Shown: positions 49,701 to 58,448, counted from the first letter of the stretch. The stretch: 64,000 nucleotides of DNA from an uncultured Gemmatimonadales bacterium (GCA_963793305.1 CAWBZV010000010.1:1-64000); one strand, 5' to 3'. Notes: generated by a model from the sequence alone, not told the origin. Numbers and translations are program-made.

Positions 49701-50241
49701 ACCCAGCACCGGAGAGGATCACGGCGACGGCGCTACTGCCGCGCTCGTCGGCCAGCGAACACAGGAACGCGTCGATGGGCAGGTGTGGTCCTGGACTCTT
49801 TTTTCGCGCGACCAACCGGAGATGGTCGTCCACGACCGTCATCGTCGTGTTGGGCGGGATCACGTAGGCATGGTCGGCATCGAGGCGCATGCCGTCCACC
49901 GCCTGCACCACCGGAATCGCCGAGGCACGACCGAGCAGCTCCGGCAGGAGGCTCTCGTGCGTCGGGTCGAGGTGCTGCACGAACACGTACGCGAGCCCGG
50001 TGGCCGACGGCAGATGGTGCAACAGCCGCAGAAACGCGTCCAGGCCGCCGGCCGAGGCTCCGATCCCCACAATGGGAATCGCGGCCACGCGCGGCGAGAC
50101 GGCCTCCGCCGTGGCGTCTTCGGTCAATGGGATCACGGGCAACGCCACTGGTGTGCTGTCAGCGGGGGATAGCTCGCGACCCGCGAGCGGCTCTTTTGCC
50201 CGGCCGCGCCGCGTTCCCGCGCGTGATCTCGGTCGAGTCAT
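46747..50241 (-). CDS. CheB-CheR-PAS-histidine kinase fusion
   Basis: GASAGG, VQH and GSDG (CheB); GVTRFFRD, AGCAGGEE and SCRNVLIY (CheR); NEELQSTNEEL coiled coil; SHDLRTPL and GVGLGL. Confidence 0.95.
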   Translation of the reverse strand: MTRPRSRAGTRRGRAKEPLAGRELSPADSTPVALPVIPLTEDATAEAVSPRVAAIPIVGIGASAGGLDAFLRLLHHLPSATGLAYVFVQHLDPTHESLLPELLGRASAIPVVQAVDGMRLDADHAYVIPPNTTMTVVDDHLRLVARKKSPGPHLPIDAFLCSLADERGSSAVAVILSGAGSDGAIGIQAIKEAGGITIAQESASAQSPSMPRSAIDTGAVDFILTPEEIAEQLARLAAHLARHPSDAAPTNDTDGDELRTILALLHRRTGVDFQHYRRGTLHRRVLRRMLAHRHDAHGDYLAHVRLNPAELDVLYEDLLIGVTRFFRDPEVFAKLQTAAFAEMMEAHAVGTPVRIWVAGCAGGEEAYSLAIALLEFLGDAAGDRLIQIFGTDLSEASIAGARGGLYPESITADVSPERLRRFFVAERDGYRIAKSVRDLCVFSRQNVVRDPPFSRLDLISCRNVLIYMEPELQRRVFPVFHYALEPHGLLVLGSAESAGSYSEHFEPLAKRQGIYRRRAATARPLDVDLATTPTVALAGTGRRGSPPRGLMIAPSPDEIGGAADRAVLARFTPPGVVINDYMEILQFRGDTAGLLAHGPGTASLELLKLARPELVMPLHTAIRQARTDGVPVRAEGRTLVDGGVVRAVVIDVLPFRPPSAAAPFFVVSFSVTRPVAADPPLTAADANVERPPVTQRRGRASVDAKQLDALRHELAATKRYLQDVVQQHEATTEELRAASEEIQSSNEELQSTNEELETTKEEVQSTNEELTTLNEELRHRNRELAALSGDLSNVLASTTIPIVIVGADLRLRRFTPATDRVMRVIASDVGRPLGDIKLRVVAPDLERQITGVVETLVLVEQEVRDDDGRWWALTIRPYQTIDRRVDGVVLVFGDIDASKRYGERADEVAEARRQLLDIAEAGRVIADEARTVAETANKAKSHFLASMSHDLRTPLNAITGYAELLELGLRGPITEAQHGDLDRIKRSSRYLLALINDILNFAKVEAGHLDIRMADVPIGALVAELHELITPQLRAQSLQFERTDSPVMVRADPEKVRQVLLNLLSNALQFTAPGGRIGVDYLTADDAVGIEVWDTGRGIAPEQLEHIFEPFVQIDRGLTSAPPGGVGLGLAISRALARAMNGDLTVDSTPGAGSRFRLTLRRVL

Positions 50242-50446
50242 GCGACACCGGTACCGGGCAGGTCCATGTCAGGACAATCGCCGCACTCGGTGGAAGGCGT
50301 TGAACATGCCACGCGCGCCATCGTTGCGCAAACCTCGCGCACGCCACACCCGTCGAGCGCACGGCCAGCATGAGGCAGGAACGGGTTGGCTCGCAGAGGG
50401 GCCTCGAGGCCGGAGTAGGAAGTGGCGATCAATGTGTTCGTCTACG

Positions 50447-50475
50447 ATTATATTGTGTGTGATCTAATAAGTCAA
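50447..50475 (-). promoter_or_regulatory. sigma70 promoter for the CheB-CheR fusion with operator-like box
   Basis: TTGACT-tattagatcacacacaa(17)-TATAAT. Confidence 0.8.
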
Positions 50476-50485
50476 TGTGCAACGG

Positions 50486-50515
50486 TTGACAATGTGATTG
50501 TACGCTATATAGTAT
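50486..50515 (+). promoter_or_regulatory. sigma70 promoter for the MarR gene with operator-like box
   Basis: TTGACA-atgtgattgtacgcta(16)-TATAGT; alternatively N18-TAGTAT. Confidence 0.7.
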
Positions 50516-50564
50516 TTCATCTGTGACGCGATCCGTTTCTCTGATCACCACCGCGAGGCACGCC

Positions 50565-51065
50565 GTGCCGAAGACCACCAATGCCGATCCCGGCCACCAG
50601 AGCGATCGGCTGTCCTTCGATCTCTACGCCGCGGCGCGAGCGATTACGCGTGCCTACCGCCCGCTGCTGTTGGAGCTCGGACTCACGTACCCGCAGTACC
50701 TGGTCATGCTGATGCTCTGGCAACGGGCGCCACGGACGGTGAAGGAGTTGGGCGAGAGCTTGGAGCTCGACTCCGGCACGCTCTCGCCACTGCTCAAGCG
50801 CTTGGCCGCGTCGGGCCTGATCACGCGCCAGCGCCGCCACAATGACGAGCGCACGGTCGACATCGCGCCCACGCTCAAAGGGCGCGCGCTCTGGCGGGAG
50901 GCGGTGAGTGTGCCGACCGCGTTGGCCGCGGTGATGGGCCTCTCGCCCGATGAGGGGCGCAAGCTGCGGGCGTTGCTGCGCAAATTGGGTGCGTCGCTGG
51001 AGCAGCACGAGACCGACGCGGGGTCGGCCGGCGCCGGTGCGAGGCCGCTCGTCGGAGAGCGCTGA
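50565..51065 (+). CDS. MarR family regulator, OhrR-like but lacking cysteine
   Basis: LSFDLYAAARAITRAYRPLL.ELGLTYPQYLVM..LW, LDSGTLSPLLKRL and DER. Confidence 0.9.
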   Translation: MPKTTNADPGHQSDRLSFDLYAAARAITRAYRPLLLELGLTYPQYLVMLMLWQRAPRTVKELGESLELDSGTLSPLLKRLAASGLITRQRRHNDERTVDIAPTLKGRALWREAVSVPTALAAVMGLSPDEGRKLRALLRKLGASLEQHETDAGSAGAGARPLVGER

Positions 51066-51096
51066 GACTTCGCGCGATCGCCAACGACCCAATGAG

Positions 51097-51216
51097 ACAC
51101 GAAGGCCGCGACGGTGAGAACGTCCACCAGCGCGGCCTCTGCTCATTAATGTGTGGATTGTGAGGTTCTACAAACGCGCCCGGAGAGACTCGAACTCCCA
51201 ACCTTTTGATCCGTAG
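51097..51216 (-). repeat. att-type direct repeat: 3' half of tRNA-Arg(ACG) plus downstream hairpin
   Basis: Aligns with 53835..53953; 51167..51216 is identical to 53904..53953 (50 bp). Confidence 0.95.
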
Positions 51217-51743
51217 GCAGAGTCTACCGACATCGCGTTTCACTGTGCGACCACTCGTAACAACCGACATTACCGCGAGATCGCGTCGTCCGCTGCCGTC
51301 GCGTCGAGCTCGCGCCGCCTTCATTTGCCAGCTGTACCACGCACAGCCGCCTGGGATTCCAATCCTGACTGCCGGTAGCAATCCCACCGTCCGCGTAACA
51401 TCTCGATATCCGTACGACGCGGCGAATTGGGTGCCTCCGGTCGACTCCGTGGTCGATCACCCTTCGCGTTTGCGCCGGCGCCTGCCGCATGGAGCACGTA
51501 TAGGCGCCGGCAGCTTAACCCTCGCCGGCTGGTGACAAATCCGCCGTCGTTGCTGCGCCGTCTCTCCAATGGGTGGCGAGTTGGTTCGCCACCGTCAACG
51601 TTACAATCGATCGCCCGAGCGCTCGCCATCCGAGCATCTGGAGCAGCCTACGGTTCCCCAAACCGGTTGCAATGACACGATGCGGGCGCGCCCGACGAGT
51701 ACTACCGCTGACCAGCGTCCGAGGCGTCTCGCGGGCGACAGCA

Positions 51744-52013
51744 TCACGTGCGCCGTCCAGAGATTACAATCAGCGTTGCGGCTATAAGAGCAACCGCCGA
51801 AAGGCCCATCAAGCATTGCCGCATCCAGTCGGGTAAATGCAGCCATCCCTCGATAGACGCGAATAGTGACATGGCTCCTAAAATCAAGATCAGGTCCGCT
51901 ACGCGCAACATTCGCAATCTCCGATCCTGCCGCTGTGTCCGTGCAAACCGGAGCACAGCGATCGCCGCCGCAGCGCACAGAGCGATACCTATCAGTTGGC
52001 CGTCGTGCATCAC
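51744..52013 (-). CDS. small membrane protein, possibly degraded
   Basis: Three hydrophobic segments; its start overlaps the stop of the upstream ORF. Confidence 0.4.
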   Translation of the reverse strand: MMHDGQLIGIALCAAAAIAVLRFARTQRQDRRLRMLRVADLILILGAMSLFASIEGWLHLPDWMRQCLMGLSAVALIAATLIVISGRRT

Positions 52014-52186
52014 TGGGCCCAGAGAGTGAAGGCCATGCGGAATAAAGATCTAAAAGACGGGTCCCTGGCCATTCTGAAATCTATTAGTAAGGCGGCTATG
52101 ATCACGGCTTGCCCGACGATGGCATCAGCACGAGTGTAGAGCTCATCGGCGAATCGATAGATGACTTTGCTGTCGTACGTAGCCAT
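52010..52186 (-). pseudogene. short, probably degraded hypothetical gene
   Basis: MATYDSKVIYRFADELY...; short, inside the island. Confidence 0.3.
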
Positions 52187-52406
52187 CGTGAGCCCACCCC
52201 CATCCAGGTTGAGAGGCATGCGCCACAAGGCCATGCTGCGGTATACTGTCAACCTTGAGACGAGCCAAAACAGAGGAAGTCAGCAGCTGCCAGGCACAAC
52301 AGAAGGTCAAGCCTCTCAGTACTCCGCATTGGGTCGTGACGCACAAAATACGTCAGAGACGAATCGGCACGTCGCCGAGCTCATTCGAACTGACCTCACG
52401 CGCATA

Positions 52407-53657
52407 CTATGCTACTGTCCACCACGGAGTGGCCAGCACGCGCTCGGTAAGCCAGAAGGCTCGATCACCTCCGTGGAGCAAGACACCGCCGCGCACCGCC
52501 GATCCTGATTCCTCTACGAACCGATCGAGATGCATGGCATCGCGATGATTCGGTTCTGAGCTCGCCTTTACTTCGACGCCGAGCAGTGACCCACGGCGCT
52601 CAACCACATAGTCTACCTCCATGCCGCTCGCTGTACGGTAGTAGGTGACCTCCGGCCGTGGTGTCTCCGTATCGCGCCAAGCGAGGAGATCGGCAAGGAT
52701 ATAGTTCTCCAGGTGCGCACCCGTCGGCTCACCGCCGGCAATGTGCAACGCGAGACCGGTGTCGGCCCAATACAATTTGGGAGTTTTGATCAGTCGTGTC
52801 GTTCGATTGCGTGCGTAGGCCGGCAGCCGCACCGCTTGATAGGAAGTCTCGAGGAGGTTGATGTACTGATGCGCGGTCGTCGCCGGCATTCGCACGTCGC
52901 GCGCCAGCTCGGTCGTGTTGAGAAGGTTGCCGATCCGCAGCGCCGCCGCGCGCATGAGGGCCTGGAAGTCTTGCAAGTTGCCGACGGCCTTGAGATCGCG
53001 CAGGTCGCGTTCGAGATAGGTCGCCACGTACCCATCGAACCACAGCGCTCGGGCATCATCGCCCACCACTCCGATGGCCACGGGGGGGAATCCGCCGCGA
53101 CGCACCGTTTCACGCCAGTCAGCGGCGGGCGCCGGGTCCGCTCGCACGACCTCAAGCCATTCGGGGCGCGGCGTGTCGAAGAATCGGGTCCATGCACCGA
53201 CCTCACCTAAGCCGAGGGCCTCACGCCGCGTCAACGGGCCCAGTCGCAGATAGGCAGCGCGGCCGGCGAGCGAATCGCCGACCTGGTGCATCATCAGGAG
53301 ATTCGCTGAACCCGTGAGCACGAACCGTCCGTGTCGCGCGGGGCGATCTTCGTCGACCAGCCGCTTGATCGCCAGCACGAGCGCTGGTTCGCGCTGCACC
53401 TCATCGACGATCATCGTGGGCTCGCTGATGAGGAATGCCCTCGCGTCACGGCGCGCGGCGAGCAGTGCGACGGGGTCATCGAGTGTCACGTACGGTCGAT
53501 CGGCGGTCGCCGGATACGTTGCGACGAACGTGCTCTTCCCCGCCTGACGCGGACCGGTGACGACCACGACGCGGACGCTGTCTAGCGCCCTGGTATACGT
53601 CCGGCCCAGTGCGCGTGGCAGGACGCCGGCGTCAGACCGCCAGGAGGGATCAACCAT
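52407..53657 (-). CDS. AAA_14 ATPase with DUF4143 domain
   Basis: GPRQAGKST, IVDEVQ, LTGS, KTPKLY..DTG and EVD...EVK; TACGTT-N6-ATG at 53657. Confidence 0.92.
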   Translation of the reverse strand: MVDPSWRSDAGVLPRALGRTYTRALDSVRVVVVTGPRQAGKSTFVATYPATADRPYVTLDDPVALLAARRDARAFLISEPTMIVDEVQREPALVLAIKRLVDEDRPARHGRFVLTGSANLLMMHQVGDSLAGRAAYLRLGPLTRREALGLGEVGAWTRFFDTPRPEWLEVVRADPAPAADWRETVRRGGFPPVAIGVVGDDARALWFDGYVATYLERDLRDLKAVGNLQDFQALMRAAALRIGNLLNTTELARDVRMPATTAHQYINLLETSYQAVRLPAYARNRTTRLIKTPKLYWADTGLALHIAGGEPTGAHLENYILADLLAWRDTETPRPEVTYYRTASGMEVDYVVERRGSLLGVEVKASSEPNHRDAMHLDRFVEESGSAVRGGVLLHGGDRAFWLTERVLATPWWTVA

Positions 53658-53911
53658 CCTGATAACGTACACGTATTGTGCTGATAATCAACGCATCAAA
53701 TGTAGATTATCACCCGTGAGCTTTTGACTACCGATCAAAAGGCCGCCGCGATACCACCGGCTAGGCCCGTCGTACCGACAACCCGTTGCGCGCGCAATTG
53801 CGCTGCGTGGTCGCTGTAACGGACACAGACGGACACACGAAGGCCGCGACGGTGAGAAGATCCACCTCCGCGGCCTCCGCTAAGTACTTCTGGATTTTGA
53901 GGCTCTACAAA

Positions 53912-53985
53912 CGCGCCCGGAGAGACTCGAACTCCCAACCTTTTGATCCGTAGTCAAATGCTCTATCCAATTGAGCTACGGGCGC
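53912..53985 (-). tRNA. tRNA-Arg(ACG)
   Basis: Full cloverleaf; anticodon arm TTTGA-CTACGGA-TCAAA; CCA not encoded. Confidence 0.97.
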
Positions 53986-53998
53986 AATTGCGAATCCA

Positions 53999-54072
53999 TG
54001 GGCGGTACAAGACTCGAACTTGTGACCTCCACGATGTCAACGTGGCGCTCTAACCAACTGAGCTAACCGCCC
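53999..54072 (-). tRNA. tRNA-Val(GAC)
   Basis: Anticodon arm CCACG-TTGACAT-CGTGG. Confidence 0.97.
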
Positions 54073-54094
54073 CTGGCCCTGGCGGGCCCGACAG

Positions 54095-54167
<73 letters not shown>

Positions 54168-54193
54168 CGTCCGAGTCCCGAAAGGAACCTCTG

Positions 54194-54222
54194 AACCTAG
54201 CGGTGGGTATGTGCGGTGTCAA
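54194..54222 (-). promoter_or_regulatory. sigma70 promoter of the tRNA operon
   Basis: TTGACA-N17-TAGGTT. Confidence 0.75.
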
Positions 54223-54368
54223 TTCAAAGGGTCTAGCGAAAATCTTCTCGGCCGATATCTTGCGGTGCTCCGACGGGGCCGCGGCCAGAATCCGCGGCAC
54301 CTGACGCTCATCGAAAGACGCGCCAGCGGCGTATATACCGCACGTTCGCCCACTTCTGGCCACCAGGT

Positions 54369-55286
54369 ATGATGCAGGTCCCAATCAAGGACGAGACCAC
54401 GGCCGAATCCCGGCCGCGCCGCCGGCGGAGTGCTCCGGCTGGTATCGCACCCAGCGAACCCGAACGGGACATCCTCGATCAGTACCTGTACGAGGTGAGC
54501 ACGTACCCGCTCCTCAAAGGCACCGAGGAGTTGGACCTCGCCCGAAAAATCCGAGCCGGCGACGGCGAAGCGCTGCAGGAGTTGGTGAAGCGCAACCTGC
54601 GCTTCGTGATCTCAGTCGCAAAAAAGTACCAAAATCGCGGACTTCCCCTGATCGACTTGATCGGCGAAGGCAACGTCGGTTTACTCACCGCCGCCCGCAA
54701 GTTCGATCCCGATCAAGGCGTAAAATTTATCTCGTACGCTGTCTGGTGGATCCGGCAAGCCATCCTCTCGTCGTTGGCGCGGCAGGGGCGAACGGTGCGC
54801 GTGCCGCTCAACAGAACGGCGGATCTGTCACGGATCATTAAAGCCTCCGAGATCCTGCGCCAAAAACTGCGCCGCGAGCCGAATCCCGAGGAGCTCTCGC
54901 AGCTCACCGGACTCTCGGTCGATGTCGTCCAGTCGCTCGCCGCGCTCAACACCGGCGATGTGCGGCTCGATGCGCCGATGGATCCCGAAGGCGATCGATC
55001 GCTTATAGAACGATTCGTCGCCGACGAGATGCCCGACGCCGAAGAAGAAGCGATGAACCGCTTCTTGAACGACGAGATCGAGCAAGCGCTTTCGACGTTG
55101 CCACCCCGTGACGCGAAAGTGCTCCGGCTGTACTTCGGACTCGAGGGCGGCCGGGAGCACACGCTCGAAGAGATCGGCTCGATGCTCGGCGTCACCCGCG
55201 AGCGCGTGCGCCAGTTGCGCGATCGCGCGCTCAAGCGGCTCCGTGAAGGAGAAGTTGGCAGAGCACTTGGCAGCTTCGCCGCATAA
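54369..55286 (+). CDS. RNA polymerase sigma-70 factor, RpoD/RpoS-like without region 1.1
   Basis: NLRFVISVAKKY, DLIGEGN.GL, FISYAVWWIRQAI and TRERVRQ. Confidence 0.93.
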   Translation: MMQVPIKDETTAESRPRRRRSAPAGIAPSEPERDILDQYLYEVSTYPLLKGTEELDLARKIRAGDGEALQELVKRNLRFVISVAKKYQNRGLPLIDLIGEGNVGLLTAARKFDPDQGVKFISYAVWWIRQAILSSLARQGRTVRVPLNRTADLSRIIKASEILRQKLRREPNPEELSQLTGLSVDVVQSLAALNTGDVRLDAPMDPEGDRSLIERFVADEMPDAEEEAMNRFLNDEIEQALSTLPPRDAKVLRLYFGLEGGREHTLEEIGSMLGVTRERVRQLRDRALKRLREGEVGRALGSFAA

Positions 55287-56039
55287 ATGATCTCCCTCCG
55301 GAACGTCTACAAGGCGTTCGGGTCCAAACGCGTCCTCTCGGGGTTCTCGCTCGATGTCGAAGAGGGCGAGACGGTGGCGATCATTGGGTTCTCCGGCGCC
55401 GGCAAGTCCGTGGCGATCAAGCACATCGTCGGACTCCTCATGCCCGACAAGGGCGAGGTCATCGTCGACGGGCTCAACGTGCCGTCGCTGTCGCGCCCCG
55501 AACTGTATCAGTTGCGCGCCCGGATCGGCTATGTGTTTCAGTTCGCGGCGCTGTTCGACTCGTTGACCATTGGCGACAACGTCGCGATGGGCCTGCGGAA
55601 ACAGGAAGGACTCACCGAGAACGAGATCGCCGAGCGCGTGCACGAGGCGCTGGAGCTCGTGGACCTGCCGGACGTGGCCCAGCAATCGCCGGCCGAGCTG
55701 TCGGGAGGCATGCGGAAGCGCGTCGGGATCGCGCGGGCGATCGCGCTCAGACCGAAGTACATTCTCTACGATGAGCCGACGACCGGGCTGGATCCGGTGA
55801 CGAGCGCCGTCATCGACGATCTCATGGTGCGCATGGAGCGCCAGCTCGGCGTCACCGGCGTGGTGATCACCCACGACATGCGGAGCGCGTATACTGTGGC
55901 CAACCGCATTGCCATGCTGTACGAGGGAACCGTGCGGCAATTCGGCACCGTCGATGAGATCAAGAACACGACCGACCCCGTCGTTCGCCAGTTCATCGAG
56001 GGCCGCGCCGAGCTCGCCACCGCCGGCGTCCACGCATAA
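55287..56039 (+). CDS. mlaF: MlaF/Mkl-type ABC ATP-binding protein
   Basis: GFSGAGKS, FQFAALFDSL, LSGGMRKRVGIAR and YDEPTTGLDP. Confidence 0.85.
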   Translation: MISLRNVYKAFGSKRVLSGFSLDVEEGETVAIIGFSGAGKSVAIKHIVGLLMPDKGEVIVDGLNVPSLSRPELYQLRARIGYVFQFAALFDSLTIGDNVAMGLRKQEGLTENEIAERVHEALELVDLPDVAQQSPAELSGGMRKRVGIARAIALRPKYILYDEPTTGLDPVTSAVIDDLMVRMERQLGVTGVVITHDMRSAYTVANRIAMLYEGTVRQFGTVDEIKNTTDPVVRQFIEGRAELATAGVHA

Positions 56040-56043
56040 GCCC

Positions 56044-56496
56044 ATGGCCTCCCGCGCGCGGGCGAAGCAAGAGCAGTCGGCCGGCGGCGTGGTGTATCGT
56101 GTAGCCTCGGGCGAACCCGTGTTTCTGCTCATCCGCGATTCGTACAAGAATTGGGGGTTCCCCAAGGGGCACGTCGAACAAGACGAGGCGCCGGCCGCCG
56201 CGGCCGTCCGCGAGGTGGCCGAGGAAACCGGGCTCACGGCGCTCGACGTGCGATCGGAGCTCGAGACGATCGATTGGTACTTCAAGGCGAACGGGCTGCT
56301 CGTGCACAAGACGTGCGCGTTCTATCTCATCGAAAGCCCGAGCGGCGAGACCTGTCCGCAGCGCGCGGAAGGCATCACGGCGTGCCGGTGGTTGACCTTT
56401 GCGGACGCCGCGCGGTTGGTCTCGTACGCCAATGCTCGGCGCGTGCTCGAGCAAGCGTACGCGATGATCGCATCTCCTCGATCCCTTTCGGCGTGA
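56044..56496 (+). CDS. NUDIX hydrolase (Ap4A hydrolase-like)
   Basis: SAGGVV and WGFPKGHVE....AAVREVAEETG. Confidence 0.9.
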   Translation: MASRARAKQEQSAGGVVYRVASGEPVFLLIRDSYKNWGFPKGHVEQDEAPAAAAVREVAEETGLTALDVRSELETIDWYFKANGLLVHKTCAFYLIESPSGETCPQRAEGITACRWLTFADAARLVSYANARRVLEQAYAMIASPRSLSA

Positions 56497-56502
56497 TCCG
56501 CG

Positions 56503-57309
56503 ATGAGCACGTCAGCCGACGAGCTGCCCTGCGTCGCGGTCTACGCACCGCCTCCTCGCGAGCGGGCGCGCGCGCTCGTACGCGCCGCGTTCACGCGCCG
56601 GCGCGCGCGCGTCATCGTCACGCGCACGGCGGCTGAGCTCGAGCAGGCCTTTCGCGCCGATCTCATCGACGCCGTCCTGATCGATCTCGGCGGCGCGGCC
56701 GCGGACGACACTTGGAAGGCCGCCGAGCTGGCGCGTGATTATCCGACGGCGGCGTTCTTCGCGGCGATGCCACTGCGCGCCGCCGACGGTCGCATGCTGG
56801 CGCGCTGCGCCGAGCTCGAGTTCGCCGACGTCCTGATCGACGGCGTTGACGACGGCGTGACGCGCGAGCTCGTGATGCCGCACTGCTTCCGGGTGCGCTT
56901 CGCTACCGCACTCCGCGAGCCACCCGCCACGCTCGGGCTGACCTCTCCCCTGCAGCAGAAAACGTGGCGCTGCATCGTCGGCCACGCGGGCCTTCCGGTT
57001 CGCACGGACACCGTCGCGGCGGTCGTCGGCGTCACGCGCGAGCACTTGAGCCGCGCATTCGCGGCCGACCTCGCCCCGAATTTGAAGCGCGTGATCGATC
57101 TTGTCCGCCTGATCGCGGCGGCCGAGCTGGCGAAGAACCCGGGCTACGACATCCGCGACGTCGCGCTCGTCCTCCGGTTCGCCTCGCCCTCACACTTGTC
57201 GAGCACCGCGCAGCGCGTCGTCGGCATGCGCCCCACGTCGCTCGCGCGTCTCAGGACCGTGGACCTGTTCGAGCGGTTTGCGATGGGCCGCAGCAAGAGC
57301 CGCGGCTGA
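56503..57309 (+). CDS. AraC-type HTH regulator with receiver-like N-terminus
   Basis: C-terminal VGVTREHLSRAF...VALVLRFASPSHL. Confidence 0.75.
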   Translation: MSTSADELPCVAVYAPPPRERARALVRAAFTRRRARVIVTRTAAELEQAFRADLIDAVLIDLGGAAADDTWKAAELARDYPTAAFFAAMPLRAADGRMLARCAELEFADVLIDGVDDGVTRELVMPHCFRVRFATALREPPATLGLTSPLQQKTWRCIVGHAGLPVRTDTVAAVVGVTREHLSRAFAADLAPNLKRVIDLVRLIAAAELAKNPGYDIRDVALVLRFASPSHLSSTAQRVVGMRPTSLARLRTVDLFERFAMGRSKSRG

Positions 57310-57964
57310 AGCGGCTCACGAATCGCAACACGGCGTCGGCGTTCCCCAGGTCGATGTGCGCCACCTTGAGGCTCTGGGCAACCGTGCCGCTCACGGCCAC
57401 GATCTTGAACTGAAGGGTGGGAATGTCGTACGTCGACAGGACCGGCGTGGGAGTACCGTTGTTCAGCGTGCCGAAGAAGAACTCCAACGCCACCTGGTCG
57501 AGCGACGTTTCGAACGCGTAGTTGTACGTGAAGCTCTCGGAGCCATCGAGGAACTCGTACGGCAGTGGCGTCCACTGTGTCGCGCTGACAATCGGATTCG
57601 GATTGAAGTAGACGAGTACCATACCCGTCGCCAGGATATCGGCTGTGATGGCGCTGTCCGTCACATCGTAGTAGCGGGTGAAATACTCCGTGTACGCCCC
57701 GGGCGACGTCTCCAACGAGTACTGGGAGTTGTAGAGCCACTGCGTATTCGTCACGGTGAATGTGTCGACCAGCACGTTGGCGTCGCCTGTCGGCCCTTGC
57801 GGCCCTTGTGGTCCGGTCGGCCCCTGCGATCCTTGAGGCCCCTGTGCCCCCGTGGCTCCCTGAGGACCCGTCGCCCCCGTAGCGCCGCTCGAACCGCAGG
57901 CGGTGGCTACGGCGATCAGCCCTCCGGCCAGGACGGTACGGCCAAGTGCGTGGAATTTGCTCAT
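57251..57964 (-). CDS. collagen-like lipoprotein
   Basis: Lipobox ATAC followed by 12-13 Gly-X-Y triplets and a globular domain. Confidence 0.8.
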   Translation of the reverse strand: MSKFHALGRTVLAGGLIAVATACGSSGATGATGPQGATGAQGPQGSQGPTGPQGPQGPTGDANVLVDTFTVTNTQWLYNSQYSLETSPGAYTEYFTRYYDVTDSAITADILATGMVLVYFNPNPIVSATQWTPLPYEFLDGSESFTYNYAFETSLDQVALEFFFGTLNNGTPTPVLSTYDIPTLQFKIVAVSGTVAQSLKVAHIDLGNADAVLRFVSRFSRGSCCGPSQTARTGPRS

Positions 57965-58079
57965 CTTTGTTTCTAGGTCAGTTGAGGTGTCTATACCCTC
58001 CATCTCACGGGTTGGGACGAGCCAGCTACTGCCGGGTTACGTAGCAAAAGCCGCAGCCGACTCGTATCTTACGTTTTCT

Positions 58080-58153
58080 GCGCGCGTAGCTCAGCTGGAT
58101 AGAGCGTCGGCCTCCGGAGCCGAAGGTCGTGGGTTCGAATCCCGCCGCGCGCA
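58080..58153 (+). tRNA. tRNA-Arg(CCG)
   Basis: Anticodon arm TCGGC-CTCCGGA-GCCGA; T-loop GTTCGAAT. Confidence 0.97.
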
Positions 58154-58213
58154 TTCCCCACATATCTCGCTCTTCCGGCCCGTTGCCTCAATGACCGGAT
58201 GTATATTTATCGC

Positions 58214-58447
58214 ATGCTCGATGAACAGCATGCAGCCCACATTCATCGCGTCGAGCAAGAGGGGCAGCTGAGGCACGATGCGATCACGCGCCAGCTGTCT
58301 CCATCGCAGAAGGTGGCCGTAGTCCACGAACTACGGCGGTTGGCGTGGGAAGGGAAGGCGGCGTGGCTCCGGAACACGCACCCAGGGCTCGGCGAAGAGG
58401 AGATCCAGGCGCGCCTGCGAGCGATCTTCCTTCGCGCCGTCACGTGA
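58214..58447 (+). CDS. putative antitoxin (Rv0078B/MenA1-like)
   Basis: RQLSPSQK...LR.THP.L.EEEIQARL pattern; TATATT-N6-ATG. Confidence 0.6.
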   Translation: MLDEQHAAHIHRVEQEGQLRHDAITRQLSPSQKVAVVHELRRLAWEGKAAWLRNTHPGLGEEEIQARLRAIFLRAVT

Positions 58448-58448
58448 C

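Larger units (their letters stand above)
51217..53903. mobile_element. decayed tRNA-Arg-integrated island (no integrase)
   Basis: Bounded by the direct repeats; carries an AAA ATPase gene and short or degraded ORFs. Confidence 0.75.

Noticed and set aside
46747..50241. Chemotaxis operon
   Set aside because: No cheA, cheW, cheY or receptor genes nearby; stand-alone CheB-CheR-kinase fusions are a known separate class.
50297..50311. sigma54-like site upstream of the CheB-CheR fusion
   Set aside because: Poor -12 element (ACGC), and a much better sigma70 promoter exists at 50447..50475.
57780..57890. DNA tandem repeat
   Set aside because: The 9-bp periodicity is explained by the collagen Gly-X-Y coding.
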